A stretch of DNA of 64,000 nt from Candidatus Eiseniibacteriota bacterium (GCA_963823555.1 CAWGMA010000001.1:1856001-1920000); one strand, 5' to 3'. Positions 1 through 10,440 are shown, counted from the first letter of the stretch. Notes: a model not told the origin generated them from the letters alone. Numbers and translations are program-made.

Positions 1-722
1 ACTCCCCCGAGGATGAAGTGCGTGCCCGGAGCATGCGCCACAACCGGTGCGACCGCATGCAGCAGATCCCACACTCCCTTCTGCTCCGAAAGCCGGCCGA
101 GGAAGAACACCGTCACCCGCGAGCGCGGTGGTCGTGGCACAGGGAGCGCACGATAGGCCGTGGTGTCGATGAAGTTCGACAGCACTCCGGCCTGCCCCGG
201 GGCGAGATCCGGGTTGAAATAGCGGCGCAGGCCATCGCTCAGGAGCAGGACCCGATCGGCCGGGCTGAGCAGCGGCCCGAGGAACCGCCGCGCCCACCCG
301 GCGCCCGTCACGAACAGCTCCCCCTCGTAGCGAGCGTGGAACTGGCACACAACCCCGGCTCCGGCGAGGCGGGCCAGCCGCACGAACAGCGCCTCGCGGA
401 CGAGGGAGTGGTCGGCCACCGGGGTCAGGAATGCCAGATCCGGTCGCATGCGCAGCAGCTTCCAGGCCAGATCGATCGTCGATCTCAGGAAGTAGTACCC
501 ATCGCGCAAGCTCACGCTCGAATCGGAAACCACCTCGCGGGCATCCTTCTTGGAGGTGTCCACGACCGTGATACGGAAATGCTCGCCCAGGTCCGACTCG
601 AGCATGGCCTTGAACATCGCCCCCACGCCGCCGAAGGGTGGCGGCACGGGCCCGATCATGAAGAGGTGAGGCGCCGGCAACCCGGCCGCACGGGCGCTGC
701 GTTGTGGCGATTGGGATGGCAT
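1..722 (-). CDS. GT4-family glycosyltransferase, runs off the window edge
   Basis: Not in the ORF track. Manual translation from ATG at 722 gives MPSQSPQ...MIGPVPPPFGGVG...VLSNFID...VFFLGRLSEQKGVWDLLHA, typical of GT-B/GT4. Open to position 1. Confidence 0.85.
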   Translation of the reverse strand, partial: MPSQSPQRSARAAGLPAPHLFMIGPVPPPFGGVGAMFKAMLESDLGEHFRITVVDTSKKDAREVVSDSSVSLRDGYYFLRSTIDLAWKLLRMRPDLAFLTPVADHSLVREALFVRLARLAGAGVVCQFHARYEGELFVTGAGWARRFLGPLLSPADRVLLLSDGLRRYFNPDLAPGQAGVLSNFIDTTAYRALPVPRPPRSRVTVFFLGRLSEQKGVWDLLHAVAPVVAHAPGTHFILGG

Positions 723-844
723 GGCTTGATCTGCGGGGCGAGCAACACGGGGCCAACCGACGCTGTCCGGCGCCGCACATTCGAGCGGGGCCACTCGAGT
801 ATCGACGGCCCCGCGCATGCGGTCAAGCCGGGCCCGCATTCCGC

Positions 845-1819
845 TCACGCGTCCGCTCCCGCCACGCCGGTCGCCGGGCGCTCGAGGATGGCGACCACGC
901 GATGGATCACGAGCTCGCGCAGTCCAGGCACTCGCGCGGCCATTGCGCACAAGGGCGCCAGCAGGCGCAGGAACGGCCGCCCGGCGACCACGCGACCCAC
1001 GCTGAACAGCGGGCGCAGCGGAACGGCCACCGGAACGAATCCAGCCCGCTCCGCCGCCTCGAGGAAGCTCCCGCGCGTGGTCCCGTTCAGGGTGTGCCCA
1101 CGCTCCCACGGCGCCAGCTCCGGGGATGTCCGTCGATACCACCGCGCACCCTCGCCCCGGTCGCGCACCATCGCATCGTAGACGCGCACGAGATCACGTC
1201 CCGGGAAGATCCAGTGCAGACCCGGAGTCCGCGTCACGAGCCCGAGGTGATGTTCCGTGGGGTGCCAGTACGAGGGGAAGACGGCATAGAGCCGCCCTTG
1301 CGGGCGCAGCACGCGGAGACACTCCTCAAGCACGAGCTCCAGATCCTGCACATGCTCGAAGACATCGAAGGAGAGAATGGCATCGAAGCTCGCGGCAGCG
1401 AAGGGCAGAGCCTCCCCCACCGCCGCGGCGAAATGCGCCTTGAGCCGGCGCTCGGTGGCGAAGAGCTGGGCCCCGGCGACGATCGCCGGATCCACATCGA
1501 CACCGGCCAGATACGATAGCCGGTAACGCTCGATCCAGGCGGCGCTGCGCCCACCGGTGAAGCAACCGAGATCGAGGACGGTCTTGCCTTCCAGGAGCGG
1601 TCCGAGATCGCAATCGAAGTAGTGATCGAGTGGATACTCGCACTCGTCGTCCTGCCGGTAGCGAGCCGAGGCCAGGAGCCGGGCCCTCTGCTCCTCCCGG
1701 GGCGCAAGGCGAAAGGAGGGATGAGCGAAGATCTCGCCGAGCGACAGATCATCCGCCGAAGGCTCGGAAGAGCGCAACCGCATCAACGCCCGCAGGAGAT
1801 GGGTACGCATGACCGCCAT
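845..1819 (-). CDS. Class I SAM-dependent methyltransferase (polysaccharide locus)
   Basis: VLDLGCFTG motif I, LPFAAASFDAI motif II, FEHV. The start overlaps the stop of the upstream GT. Confidence 0.85.
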   Translation of the reverse strand: MAVMRTHLLRALMRLRSSEPSADDLSLGEIFAHPSFRLAPREEQRARLLASARYRQDDECEYPLDHYFDCDLGPLLEGKTVLDLGCFTGGRSAAWIERYRLSYLAGVDVDPAIVAGAQLFATERRLKAHFAAAVGEALPFAAASFDAILSFDVFEHVQDLELVLEECLRVLRPQGRLYAVFPSYWHPTEHHLGLVTRTPGLHWIFPGRDLVRVYDAMVRDRGEGARWYRRTSPELAPWERGHTLNGTTRGSFLEAAERAGFVPVAVPLRPLFSVGRVVAGRPFLRLLAPLCAMAARVPGLRELVIHRVVAILERPATGVAGADA

Positions 1820-3090
1820 CAGATCCCGGCCGCGGCGACCGGAGTGTTGCCGGATCCGCGCGCGCCCCGCCCGCCGGCCCGCTCCGCCAGGATCGCCGTT
1901 GCCAGGCGGGTGATCAGGTCGGCGTGATGTCCCCAGTCATGGTGTTCGACGGCATCCCGTCGCGCCTGGGCCCCCAGAGCCTGTCGGAGCCCGCCATCCA
2001 CCGCCAGGCGACCGATGGCGGCGGCCAGGGCACCAACGTCCCCGGGGGGCACGAGAAGTGCATTCACATCGGGGCGGAAGACCTCGCGCAGCACCTCGAG
2101 ATCGGGCGCGACCAGCGCCTTTCCCATCGCCATGTACTCGAAGATCTTCATGGGCGAGCCGTAATCGGTCGCCCAAGGGATGGTGGCGATGTCCATCGCC
2201 CCCATCGCCTCCGGTACCTGGGCGAACGGGATCTCGCCGACCAGGAGGATGCGCGATCGAGCGCCGGCCTCGTGAACGCGGTGCCGCGCCGCGTTGAAAC
2301 GCGGCTCGCCGGGGCGGCCGCCGATGATCAAGAAGCGCAGCCGCGGTTGCTCGGCAACGAGCTTGAGAGCCGCCTCGATCAGGAGCTCGACACCGTGCCA
2401 GGGAGCAAAGGTACCGACGAATCCAACCACGATGTCGTCGGGGCGCAGGTCGTGCTGCTGGCGGAACGCGGAGCCGTCGATTCCAGGGTGAAATCGCTCG
2501 GTCGAGACCCCGTTGTGCATGGCAACGACGCGCTCGGGCACCACGCCGCGAGTCAGCACCTCCCGGCGCAGCACACCGGACACCGTGATGACGCGATCCG
2601 CAGCGCTGAGGGTCGAGTCCTCGATGCGTCGCGCGAGTCCGACCAGTCCCGCACCGTGAAAGGCCGCAGCCTCGTTGACACCGGCGTTGAATTCGAGGAT
2701 GACGGGAACGCCATGGCGCCGGGCCTGAGCCACCCCCGCCCATTGCAGATGGTGGAATCGTTCATAGACGAGGTCCACCCCGCCCCGGGCCAGGCGCTCC
2801 CGCACGAGTCGCCCGGCGCGAAGATTGTGCAGGAGATAGACGAGATCACGCCCCATGGCCCGTAGCCGGGGCGGCATGCCGGCGGCCGCGTGCCGCGTTG
2901 ACGGCATCCTCCGGGTGACACCGGAGCCGGCCGGGTGCGGGGTTCCCTCCCCGGCGCGCGAGTCGAGGACCTCGACCGAATGTCCGGCATCCTCCAGGGC
3001 CGAGATCACTTCGCGCACATGCGTCGCGTAACCACCGCGACGGTGGCCTTGCGCCTGCGTTGGATCGAGGAGGAGGTAGAGGATGTTCAT
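1819..3090 (-). CDS. GT4-family glycosyltransferase
   Basis: HNGVS, GFVGTFAPWHG, SPMKIFEYMAMGK motifs. Confidence 0.9.
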   Translation of the reverse strand: MNILYLLLDPTQAQGHRRGGYATHVREVISALEDAGHSVEVLDSRAGEGTPHPAGSGVTRRMPSTRHAAAGMPPRLRAMGRDLVYLLHNLRAGRLVRERLARGGVDLVYERFHHLQWAGVAQARRHGVPVILEFNAGVNEAAAFHGAGLVGLARRIEDSTLSAADRVITVSGVLRREVLTRGVVPERVVAMHNGVSTERFHPGIDGSAFRQQHDLRPDDIVVGFVGTFAPWHGVELLIEAALKLVAEQPRLRFLIIGGRPGEPRFNAARHRVHEAGARSRILLVGEIPFAQVPEAMGAMDIATIPWATDYGSPMKIFEYMAMGKALVAPDLEVLREVFRPDVNALLVPPGDVGALAAAIGRLAVDGGLRQALGAQARRDAVEHHDWGHHADLITRLATAILAERAGGRGARGSGNTPVAAAGI

Positions 3091-5171
3091 CGAGCGAGGA
3101 CGGCGCGCAGCAGAGAGCCCATGAGAGCGACGATCCCCCGGCGAGCCGGATCTCCACCGTATTCGCTCACGAAGGCAGCGAGATAGGCAGCGTAGAGCGC
3201 GGGGAACACGGCGGATTCGTAGCCCTGCGCCAGCAGGTACGCTTCGACCCGAGCCCGAAGCGGATCGCCGAGGGGACTTCTGTCGAGCATGTGTCCGGTC
3301 ACGCGACCGGCATCGACGTGCTGACTACGCGGATCCGCGAGCAGGCAGATCACGGCATAGTTGACGACATGAATCGCGTCGAACCCGGGCATCGGCACCC
3401 GTCCGAAGCGTTCCCAGTCGATCACACCCATGCGGCTCCCTGCCGTGCGGATGTTGGACAGAGCGAAATCACCATGCTGGGGCGTGCAGACGACGGTACC
3501 CAGGCGGCCAGCGGGTTCGATCGTGCGAGCCAGCCGTTCCGCCAGCGCGTTCCCATCCTCGAGCGCGGCGCGAAGGCCAGGGCTCACCTGTGCGGCGAGT
3601 CCGCCTCCCGTGATCTCCCTCGCCGGCGAATCGGGGGCCAGAGCGTGATGGAATGCGGTGAGCCAGCCGAGCGCCCCACCGATCACATCGTCCACGCGGC
3701 TCACCGTGCTCGCCGCCAGCGGATCGCCGGCAGGCAGGACCGGCGTCGCGCCCGTCATGAAGGTCGTGACGCCCACTTCATGCCGGCCATGGACGAAGAG
3801 ATCGAGGGGGCGAGGCGCCGATCCGGCGAGCGGACCGGTGAGCAGCGGGGCGATCCGCCGGAGCGCGGCGATCTCGGCGCCCGGCGGGGAGAAACCGGCC
3901 CCGGATGGCCCCCCCGGGGAATCCGCCTTCCCCTTGAGCGGGAACAGGCGAACGACGAAGCTGGCGGCACGGGCATCCCCGGAAAAGGCGACGAGCGTCG
4001 GGTGAGAGCGGTTGTGAATCAGAAAGCTGAGGCGCTCCGCCTGGACCGGGAACCCATAGGACCCCGAGCGGGCGGCGAGCGCGGCCGCCAGCCCCCCCGG
4101 CCGCGGCGCCTGCCCCGTCGCCGCAAAGAAGATGAAGTCATTGGCGAAGGCGCGAGAGAGCCGGAACTTGAGGTGCAGGCTCCGCAGCCACGGCCACCGC
4201 GCGGCGCGGCCGCCTCCGCCCATGAGGAGCGAGGCCAGATCCTCGCGCGGCCCGGCGGGCTCGACCGGCAGCAGGAAGTCGGGCGAGTTGTAGCTCCAGA
4301 CCGGGAGCAGCGTGCGCGTTTGGTCGAACCCGGCCCGCGCCAGGATGCGCTGGTAGCCGCGGTGGGTGTAGGTGTAGGTATCGTAGGGATGACCCCGGCG
4401 GACCCGGGTCACGACGTTGGCCAGCCACCGCGGCATGAGCGAGGTGAACGCCAGGTAGCTGTGATCCTGGCGACCGAGGAAATACCAGATCCCGATGCGG
4501 TTCTCGATGCCGACCACGAGCGTGCCCGCGGGCCGCAGCAGCTCGCGGAGCCGGGCAAGAACCTCGAGCTGCGCCTGCCCGGGATCGCGCTGCCCCTTTC
4601 CCAGCCACTCGAGCACGCCGCTCAGCACGATCACATCGAAGGACGCCGGCGGAAACGGCAACGTATGGGCATCACCGCGTACGACCGTGACTTCGCCCAC
4701 CCCGTCCTGCGCGCACCGCGCCCGGGTGAAACGCGCGCGGAGGAGAACCGGTTCGAGCGCAATCACTCGCGCCGCATGAGCCGCCAACCCGGCCGCCACA
4801 CCACCCATGCCTGCCCCGATGTCGAGGATCACCGCCCCGTCCGGGAGGCCGAGGTCGAGCGCCCAGCTGGCTCGCCTGGTGTCGAGGAGGAAGGAGGCCT
4901 TGTCGCGCACCGAAGACCGAGGTGAGGTCTCGACGACCTCACGCCAGGGGCGACCGCGTTCCACTTCGGCGACCAGCCAGGCCATGTCGGCGGCCGGGAT
5001 CTCACCCCAGTAGCTACTGTCCTCGACGAACGTCGGAATACCGTCGATCACCGGATACTGGATGCCGCAAGCGCCGCAAGCGTACGCCTGCTCGCTGGTC
5101 TGAAGCGCGGATCGACAGCGCGGACAGGCGAAGAGGAGTGGCGATACCGGCGCCACCGTGGACCCGCTCAT
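3087..5171 (-). CDS. Trm112-like Zn module + SAM methyltransferase + APH/kinase-like phosphotransferase fusion
   Basis: Start reassigned to ATG 5171 (ATGA overlap with the flippase stop). CPRC...CGAC...YPVIDGIP; ILDIGAGMG; FPPASFDVI; C-terminal HGDFALSNI and VIDWE. Confidence 0.8.
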   Translation of the reverse strand: MSGSTVAPVSPLLFACPRCRSALQTSEQAYACGACGIQYPVIDGIPTFVEDSSYWGEIPAADMAWLVAEVERGRPWREVVETSPRSSVRDKASFLLDTRRASWALDLGLPDGAVILDIGAGMGGVAAGLAAHAARVIALEPVLLRARFTRARCAQDGVGEVTVVRGDAHTLPFPPASFDVIVLSGVLEWLGKGQRDPGQAQLEVLARLRELLRPAGTLVVGIENRIGIWYFLGRQDHSYLAFTSLMPRWLANVVTRVRRGHPYDTYTYTHRGYQRILARAGFDQTRTLLPVWSYNSPDFLLPVEPAGPREDLASLLMGGGGRAARWPWLRSLHLKFRLSRAFANDFIFFAATGQAPRPGGLAAALAARSGSYGFPVQAERLSFLIHNRSHPTLVAFSGDARAASFVVRLFPLKGKADSPGGPSGAGFSPPGAEIAALRRIAPLLTGPLAGSAPRPLDLFVHGRHEVGVTTFMTGATPVLPAGDPLAASTVSRVDDVIGGALGWLTAFHHALAPDSPAREITGGGLAAQVSPGLRAALEDGNALAERLARTIEPAGRLGTVVCTPQHGDFALSNIRTAGSRMGVIDWERFGRVPMPGFDAIHVVNYAVICLLADPRSQHVDAGRVTGHMLDRSPLGDPLRARVEAYLLAQGYESAVFPALYAAYLAAFVSEYGGDPARRGIVALMGSLLRAVLAR

Positions 5172-6674
5172 CGTCCCCCCATCCCCCATCGGGAGACGAG
5201 ACCCAAGGCGTCGGCCACCTCCGCCCGCTGGATGATCCCCAGGGCCACGGCCAATCCGTAGAAGGCAGCCATGTAGAGCGCGCTGCCCAGAGTCAGCATG
5301 AAGATCGGTGGCGCGCTGATCCGGGCGTGGGCGAACCACAGCGCCGCACCGAGAGCCAACGCCAGCGCGGTCATCTTCGCCAGTTCCTTCCAGGGGAACA
5401 GGCGCGTATAGGGCACCTGGAGCAGGTGCCTCGTCCTGGCAATCTGGGCCTCGGCCACGACCCACATCCCGACCACGACCGCGATGGCTGGGCCCAGGAG
5501 TCCCAGCGGCACGACGCGGACCAGCACGTACGCCAGCGCAACGGCGATCGCCAGCGCTACCAGGCACGCGTAGAGGATGTAGCGGGTGAGCCCAAACGCC
5601 CGGGTCACGGACCCGTAGGGCACCGCCTGGCGCGGAATCAGGAACAGGAAAGCAATGAAGATCGGTGTGGCCTCAGCATACTCCGCGGTGAACAGCCCGA
5701 CGATGAACTCACGCGCCAGCACCGCGAAGACCACCGTCACGGGGATCGACACCAGCGACATCTTGCGGGTGGCGCTGCGCCACAGCGCCAGCATCTCGGC
5801 CAGCTTGCCTTCCTTCTGCAGCTCCGCCATGCGACCGAGGAGCACGCTGGTCGCCGAGGTGAAGACGATGGTGACGATGGGCAGCTGAAAGCAGCCCACC
5901 GAGTAGACGGCGAAGGCCTCCGAATCGAAGATGCGGCTCACATAGAACCGGTCGACGCTCGAGAGCACAGTGACGACCGTGCCGGCCAGCCCGAAGGGCA
6001 CCGCATAGGCCGAGCTGCTCCCTGAGAAACGGCAGGCGCATCGCTCGCCAGGACAGGTAGCGCTCCGAGCGACAGTGCCACACGACGAACAGCATGCGCG
6101 CAAAGGAGAAGACCGTGAGCGCCGCCAGCATCATCCCCACATCTCGAGTCAGGAGGCCGGCGAGAACCACGAGAATCGAGCGCAGCACCTCGGAGCCCAT
6201 GACCACCCAGAAGGTGAGTTTCACATTCTGCTCGACGATGGTCAGGACCTCGATCGTGGAGGACACGACCATCAGCGCCGTGAACGGCCCAACCCACCAT
6301 ATGAGGTCCGCCATGACCGGCTGCCCGAAGTAGTGGGCGACGAAGGTCCGCGCCAGGATCAGAATGACAGCGAAGGACACCCCGATCACGCTGAGGAAGG
6401 ACAGCGTCTGGGTCACGAGCGCCGGGCGGTCCGCGGCGCGACGCGGAAAGAAGTAGAAGAGGCTCTGGGTGAGGCCGAACTGGAGGATCGGCATGCCGGT
6501 CGAGAAGATGAAGAGGGCCTCGCGATAGATGCCGTAGCTCTCCTTGCTCACGATGCGAACCAGGATGACAGGAACGCCGAAGGCGAAGAGGAAGGCGAAC
6601 GCGCGGCCGAGAATGATGACCCCGGCCTGCCGTGAAAGCGAAGCCGGCCTCTCCAGAGACCCCTTCACGCTCAC
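5168..6674 (-). pseudogene. wzx: Wzx-type polysaccharide flippase, split by a single-base frameshift near 6008-6011 (possible sequencing error)
   Basis: ORFs 5709..6674 (N-half) and 5168..6103 (C-half) are both multi-TM. Removing one base from CTCGGCCTATGCG gives FLREQL(A/G)YAVPFGL and a 501-aa MOP-type protein. Confidence 0.8.
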
Positions 6675-8200
6675 GCCTCCCCGAAGCTCGTGCCGGCGGC
6701 GGCCGCTGCTTCCGGGCCCGACCGCATCAGCTCGGCTCGTCGCACGATGACTCCCGCCAGCACGAAGAAGTACCCGGGCAAGAACTCGTCAAAGCTAGGA
6801 TCGACAAAGTTGATACAGATGAAGAAGGCCATCGCGCTCTGCCAGAAGGCGAGCACGAGATCGCGGCCGAAGAGGCCTGTGGGCAGGGAACTCCGGTAGA
6901 GCACACGGCTCGAGCGAAAGATGAACCAGAATATCAGAACGTAAGGCACGAGGCCGACCAGTCCGAGCTCCACGGCAATGCGCAGGAACGTGTTGTGCGC
7001 GTGCACATTCCGCGCCATGTCCATTCTGATCTCACCGAACCAGGACTTCACGTTGCCGAGCCGCTGGCGATAGCTCTCCCATTTCTGGTCCCACATCTCG
7101 AGCCCATGGCCGAACAGCGGCTCATCGAGGAACATCACGGTGCCGACAACGTAATGCGCGAGGCGGGACTCGCCGGTGGATTCATCGGTGGCGCGCGCCT
7201 TGGCGACCTTGGGATCGACGATGGCCCCGGGCCCGACCATCACCACGAACATGACGCCTGCCAGAAGGAACAGCCCCAGCGCCAGTCGCTGCTGGCGTGA
7301 GAAGAAGGAGCCCAGGAGGAGCGGCACGAAGAAGCCCAGCCAGACCTGGCGGGTCAACGTGTAGAAGATGGCCAGCGGACTGGCCACGATGCCGATGAAG
7401 AGCACCCAGCGCCAGCCGCTACGGATGTTGTTGTAGAGATGGAGAAGGATGAAGAATCCCATCCCCATCGTGGCGCCGTACACCGGTGAATGCAGATAGG
7501 GCCCACGGATGCGGGCGCCGAACCAGCGGCCATCCCCGGCCTTGGGATCCAGGATATCGGGCGGGAACACGAGCCACTTGACTCGATAGTGCTCCAGGAT
7601 ACCGGTCAGGACGAGATAGATTTGCAGGATGGAGAGCGCGACGAGAATCTTCCTCGTGGCGCGGTCGCTTCCGCTCGAATTGCGCGCGAGATAGAAGACC
7701 GAGAACGGGAACACCACGAAGTTCATGAACGCGGTGATCGGACTGATACGGCTCACCGTATGCACCAGGTTCTCGTGCTGGATCATGCTCGCCAGATTGA
7801 CTCCGATGAAGATGAGCATGAGGAGTTCCGGGATCGTGAGCGGCAGCGGCTCACGCCGGCGGAGGGCGAATTCGACGCCGAACACCGCCCACATGAGCAC
7901 CAGCATGAACCGTGGCCCGGACATGTCGGGAATCCCCGGCAAGTTCAGCTGTGTGTAGCGCGTGATGCACGTGAGCGCGAAAAGCCAGAGCACGATGGCA
8001 TTGGTGATATCGAAGAAGGCAACGAGCGTGGTGAGGAGGAGAACGTCCAGGATGACGAGCATGAGGACCTGACGCTCGAGGTCCATCACGCTCCCCAGCA
8101 CGAATGCGGCAGCAACCGTCAGCCCGGCAAACAGGAGCACCGCAAGGACCAGACGCAGGTCCGTTCGCGGTCGCGATTCGATGAGGTTAATCCGCTGCAC
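6671..8200 (-). CDS. O-antigen ligase/Wzy-like polymerase family membrane protein
   Basis: Many TM segments, RIRGPYLHS, TLTRQVW, PLFGHG, HAHNTFL. Start GTG 8200 chosen to avoid overlap with the upstream gene. Confidence 0.8.
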   Translation of the reverse strand: MQRINLIESRPRTDLRLVLAVLLFAGLTVAAAFVLGSVMDLERQVLMLVILDVLLLTTLVAFFDITNAIVLWLFALTCITRYTQLNLPGIPDMSGPRFMLVLMWAVFGVEFALRRREPLPLTIPELLMLIFIGVNLASMIQHENLVHTVSRISPITAFMNFVVFPFSVFYLARNSSGSDRATRKILVALSILQIYLVLTGILEHYRVKWLVFPPDILDPKAGDGRWFGARIRGPYLHSPVYGATMGMGFFILLHLYNNIRSGWRWVLFIGIVASPLAIFYTLTRQVWLGFFVPLLLGSFFSRQQRLALGLFLLAGVMFVVMVGPGAIVDPKVAKARATDESTGESRLAHYVVGTVMFLDEPLFGHGLEMWDQKWESYRQRLGNVKSWFGEIRMDMARNVHAHNTFLRIAVELGLVGLVPYVLIFWFIFRSSRVLYRSSLPTGLFGRDLVLAFWQSAMAFFICINFVDPSFDEFLPGYFFVLAGVIVRRAELMRSGPEAAAAAGTSFGEA

Positions 8201-8229
8201 GTCCGAGGGCCGTCCGGCCGGGATCCGGC

Positions 8230-8994
8230 CTACACCCGGCGATAGATCCACTCCGGCACATAGAACCGCCGGCGATTGAGTACCGCGCCCAGGACTCGAA
8301 TGCCTGCGCCGCGCAGAGCATCGGTCGTCTCGGCGGCGACCTCGCGCACCGTGCGGCCGGCTTCCAAGACGAGAATGGTGCCCGCGGCCGCCTGGGCGAG
8401 ATTGACCGGGTCCGCCATCCCCCCGAAGGGGGCCGAATCGATGATCACGAAGTTGAAATCCCGGGCCCACGCGTCCAGGATCTCGCGAAACGCCGGCTGC
8501 TGGAAGAAGGCCTGCGGGGCCTTGGTCGCCGTGCCCACGGTGACCAGGCTGAGATTGGGCACCGCCGTCGCGTGCATGATCTCGGTCGGTTTGGCCAGGC
8601 CGCGCACCAGGTCGGCGAGGCCAGGTTGGCGCTCCACCTTGAACTTGGTATGCAGGACCGGCGTCCGCAGATTGGCATCGACCAGGAGGATCGGCGCCTG
8701 ACCGGTGGTGGCCAGCGTGGCAGCGAGGCCGACGGCGACCGTCGAGGCCCCGGCGCGGCGCCCGGTGGCGCCCACCACCAAGGTCCGCCTTAGCTCATTG
8801 GCGAACACCGATTCCATCCGGCTCGCCAGGGTAGCGTAGTCTTCCACGGCTTGAAGCGGAATCCCGAGAAGGGCGCCGAGCTCGACCTCCTCTCCCTGGA
8901 GAATGCTGCGGCCCTCTGGCACCCGCTCGGTGGAGTGCCAGCGCTCATAGGCTTTCCTGAGTACCGTGGATGACATGGCGCCGGGTTGCCTCAC
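8230..8994 (-). CDS. CpsD/CapB-like BY-kinase domain protein with degenerate Walker A
   Basis: LLVDANLR (Walker A'), VIIDSAP (Walker B), VLGAVLNRR. The Walker A region reads GATGRRAGAST. Confidence 0.85.
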   Translation of the reverse strand: MRQPGAMSSTVLRKAYERWHSTERVPEGRSILQGEEVELGALLGIPLQAVEDYATLASRMESVFANELRRTLVVGATGRRAGASTVAVGLAATLATTGQAPILLVDANLRTPVLHTKFKVERQPGLADLVRGLAKPTEIMHATAVPNLSLVTVGTATKAPQAFFQQPAFREILDAWARDFNFVIIDSAPFGGMADPVNLAQAAAGTILVLEAGRTVREVAAETTDALRGAGIRVLGAVLNRRRFYVPEWIYRRV

Positions 8995-10421
8995 GTCTTG
9001 TTCCGAGCCGGCCTGACTTCACGCACCGAGCCGAGCACGGGCACCCCGAGTGCAGACTCGATGTCGGCTGGGAACTTGATGGTGTGATCCAGCGTGTCGA
9101 CCATGAAAGCTGCCACCAGCGCCATGCCGACGGCCAGGATGAACGAGAACACCATGAACAGCTTCTGCTTGGCGCCGCCCCCGATCTGCTTGGCGGTGAC
9201 GGCCGGCGAGAGAATCTGCAAGTTCGACATTCGAGGATCCGTCGCTTCCTGCAGACGATGTTGCTGGTGCTGGTTCTCGAGCTCCTCGAGCTCCACGGTG
9301 GCCGTCTTGAGCTCGAGGCTCATCAGCGCCACTCGGGCCTCGTGCTCGGGAATCCCGCTCAGCTTGGCGATGATGCCCTGATACTGCTCATTGAGAGTGG
9401 ACTCACGCCCGCGCAGGACCTCGAGCTGATTCCTCTTGGCCGTCACCAGCCCGAGGACCACCTCGCGGATCGACTCCTTGCACGCCTCCACATCGCGCAG
9501 CACCGACTGTACCTGCGGGCTCTCCGGCGTGTAGGTTGAAAGCAACGAATTGTACTTGGCGTCCAGCTCCGACAGCCGCCGCTGGTAGTTTTGCAGGTTC
9601 TCGTCCTCGGCCAGTTCCGGTGTCGGCACCCGCACATCCGGATGATCGCGCAGGCTACGCTCGATGACTCGCAGCTCGGCCTCCAGCGCCGCGCGTTGAG
9701 CGCGCACCTGGGTCAGATTGTCTTCGACAACGGACCTCTGGTGAATGAGCTCGTTCGTCTGCTGACCGATGTCCGTGAGTCCATGCTTGGTCTTGTAAAG
9801 AGCGAGCTCCGCCCGCATTCGCTCCACATCGGAGCGGGCCTTCATGATCTGCTCTTCAAAGAACTCGGCGGTCTGCTTGTTGCTGCGCATCGCCCGCCGG
9901 TGGGACAGGTAGGCCTCGGCCAACGCGTTCACCGCATCGATGGCGGTACGCGGATCCAAGGCGTGATAGGCCACGCGAATGAAGTTCGTCTCTTCGATGG
10001 GCTCGACCGATAGGTTGCCGATGAGATCGTCGATGCTGGGCGGTCCTGACGGCACGATCCGGTCGCCGTCCTCGACACTGACGGCGACGAAGTCCCGGCT
10101 CAACATCGCCGCCGCCCGCTCGGCCACTGGACGGGAGCGCACGATCTCCACCTCCGACTTCATCTCCTCCCACCACTGCAAGGTCGGACGCGGGATCGCT
10201 CCCGAGGCCCCGCCCTCGCCGCGCATGACCAGGATCCGGGTTTCGGCCACGTAGGCCGTCTTCTGCCTGGCAAGGCTCAGCGCAGAGGCCAGAAAGATGA
10301 GACCGAAGATGGTCAGGACAATCACCCTCCGGCGGAAGATGAGCGAGATCAGATCGCGCGTCGAGCCGAAGCCCGGTCGCGTTCCTCCGGGTCCGATCCT
10401 GACGTTCCTGTCATCCACCAT
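8991..10421 (-). CDS. GumC/Wzc-type polysaccharide co-polymerase (chain-length regulator)
   Basis: N-terminal TM, EVEIVRSR, long coiled coil, C-terminal TM and LGVPVLGSV. Confidence 0.88.
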   Translation of the reverse strand: MVDDRNVRIGPGGTRPGFGSTRDLISLIFRRRVIVLTIFGLIFLASALSLARQKTAYVAETRILVMRGEGGASGAIPRPTLQWWEEMKSEVEIVRSRPVAERAAAMLSRDFVAVSVEDGDRIVPSGPPSIDDLIGNLSVEPIEETNFIRVAYHALDPRTAIDAVNALAEAYLSHRRAMRSNKQTAEFFEEQIMKARSDVERMRAELALYKTKHGLTDIGQQTNELIHQRSVVEDNLTQVRAQRAALEAELRVIERSLRDHPDVRVPTPELAEDENLQNYQRRLSELDAKYNSLLSTYTPESPQVQSVLRDVEACKESIREVVLGLVTAKRNQLEVLRGRESTLNEQYQGIIAKLSGIPEHEARVALMSLELKTATVELEELENQHQQHRLQEATDPRMSNLQILSPAVTAKQIGGGAKQKLFMVFSFILAVGMALVAAFMVDTLDHTIKFPADIESALGVPVLGSVREVRPARNKT

Positions 10422-10440
10422 GAATCCGACTCCACCAGCG

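Noticed and set aside
18..1181. 387-aa + strand ORF at the window start
   Set aside because: The real gene is the minus-strand GT4 (1..722), missed by the track because it has no stop in the window.
5172..5567. N-terminal extension of the 826-aa ORF 3087..5567
   Set aside because: Overlaps the flippase in another frame; ATG 5171 gives a clean ATGA coupling.
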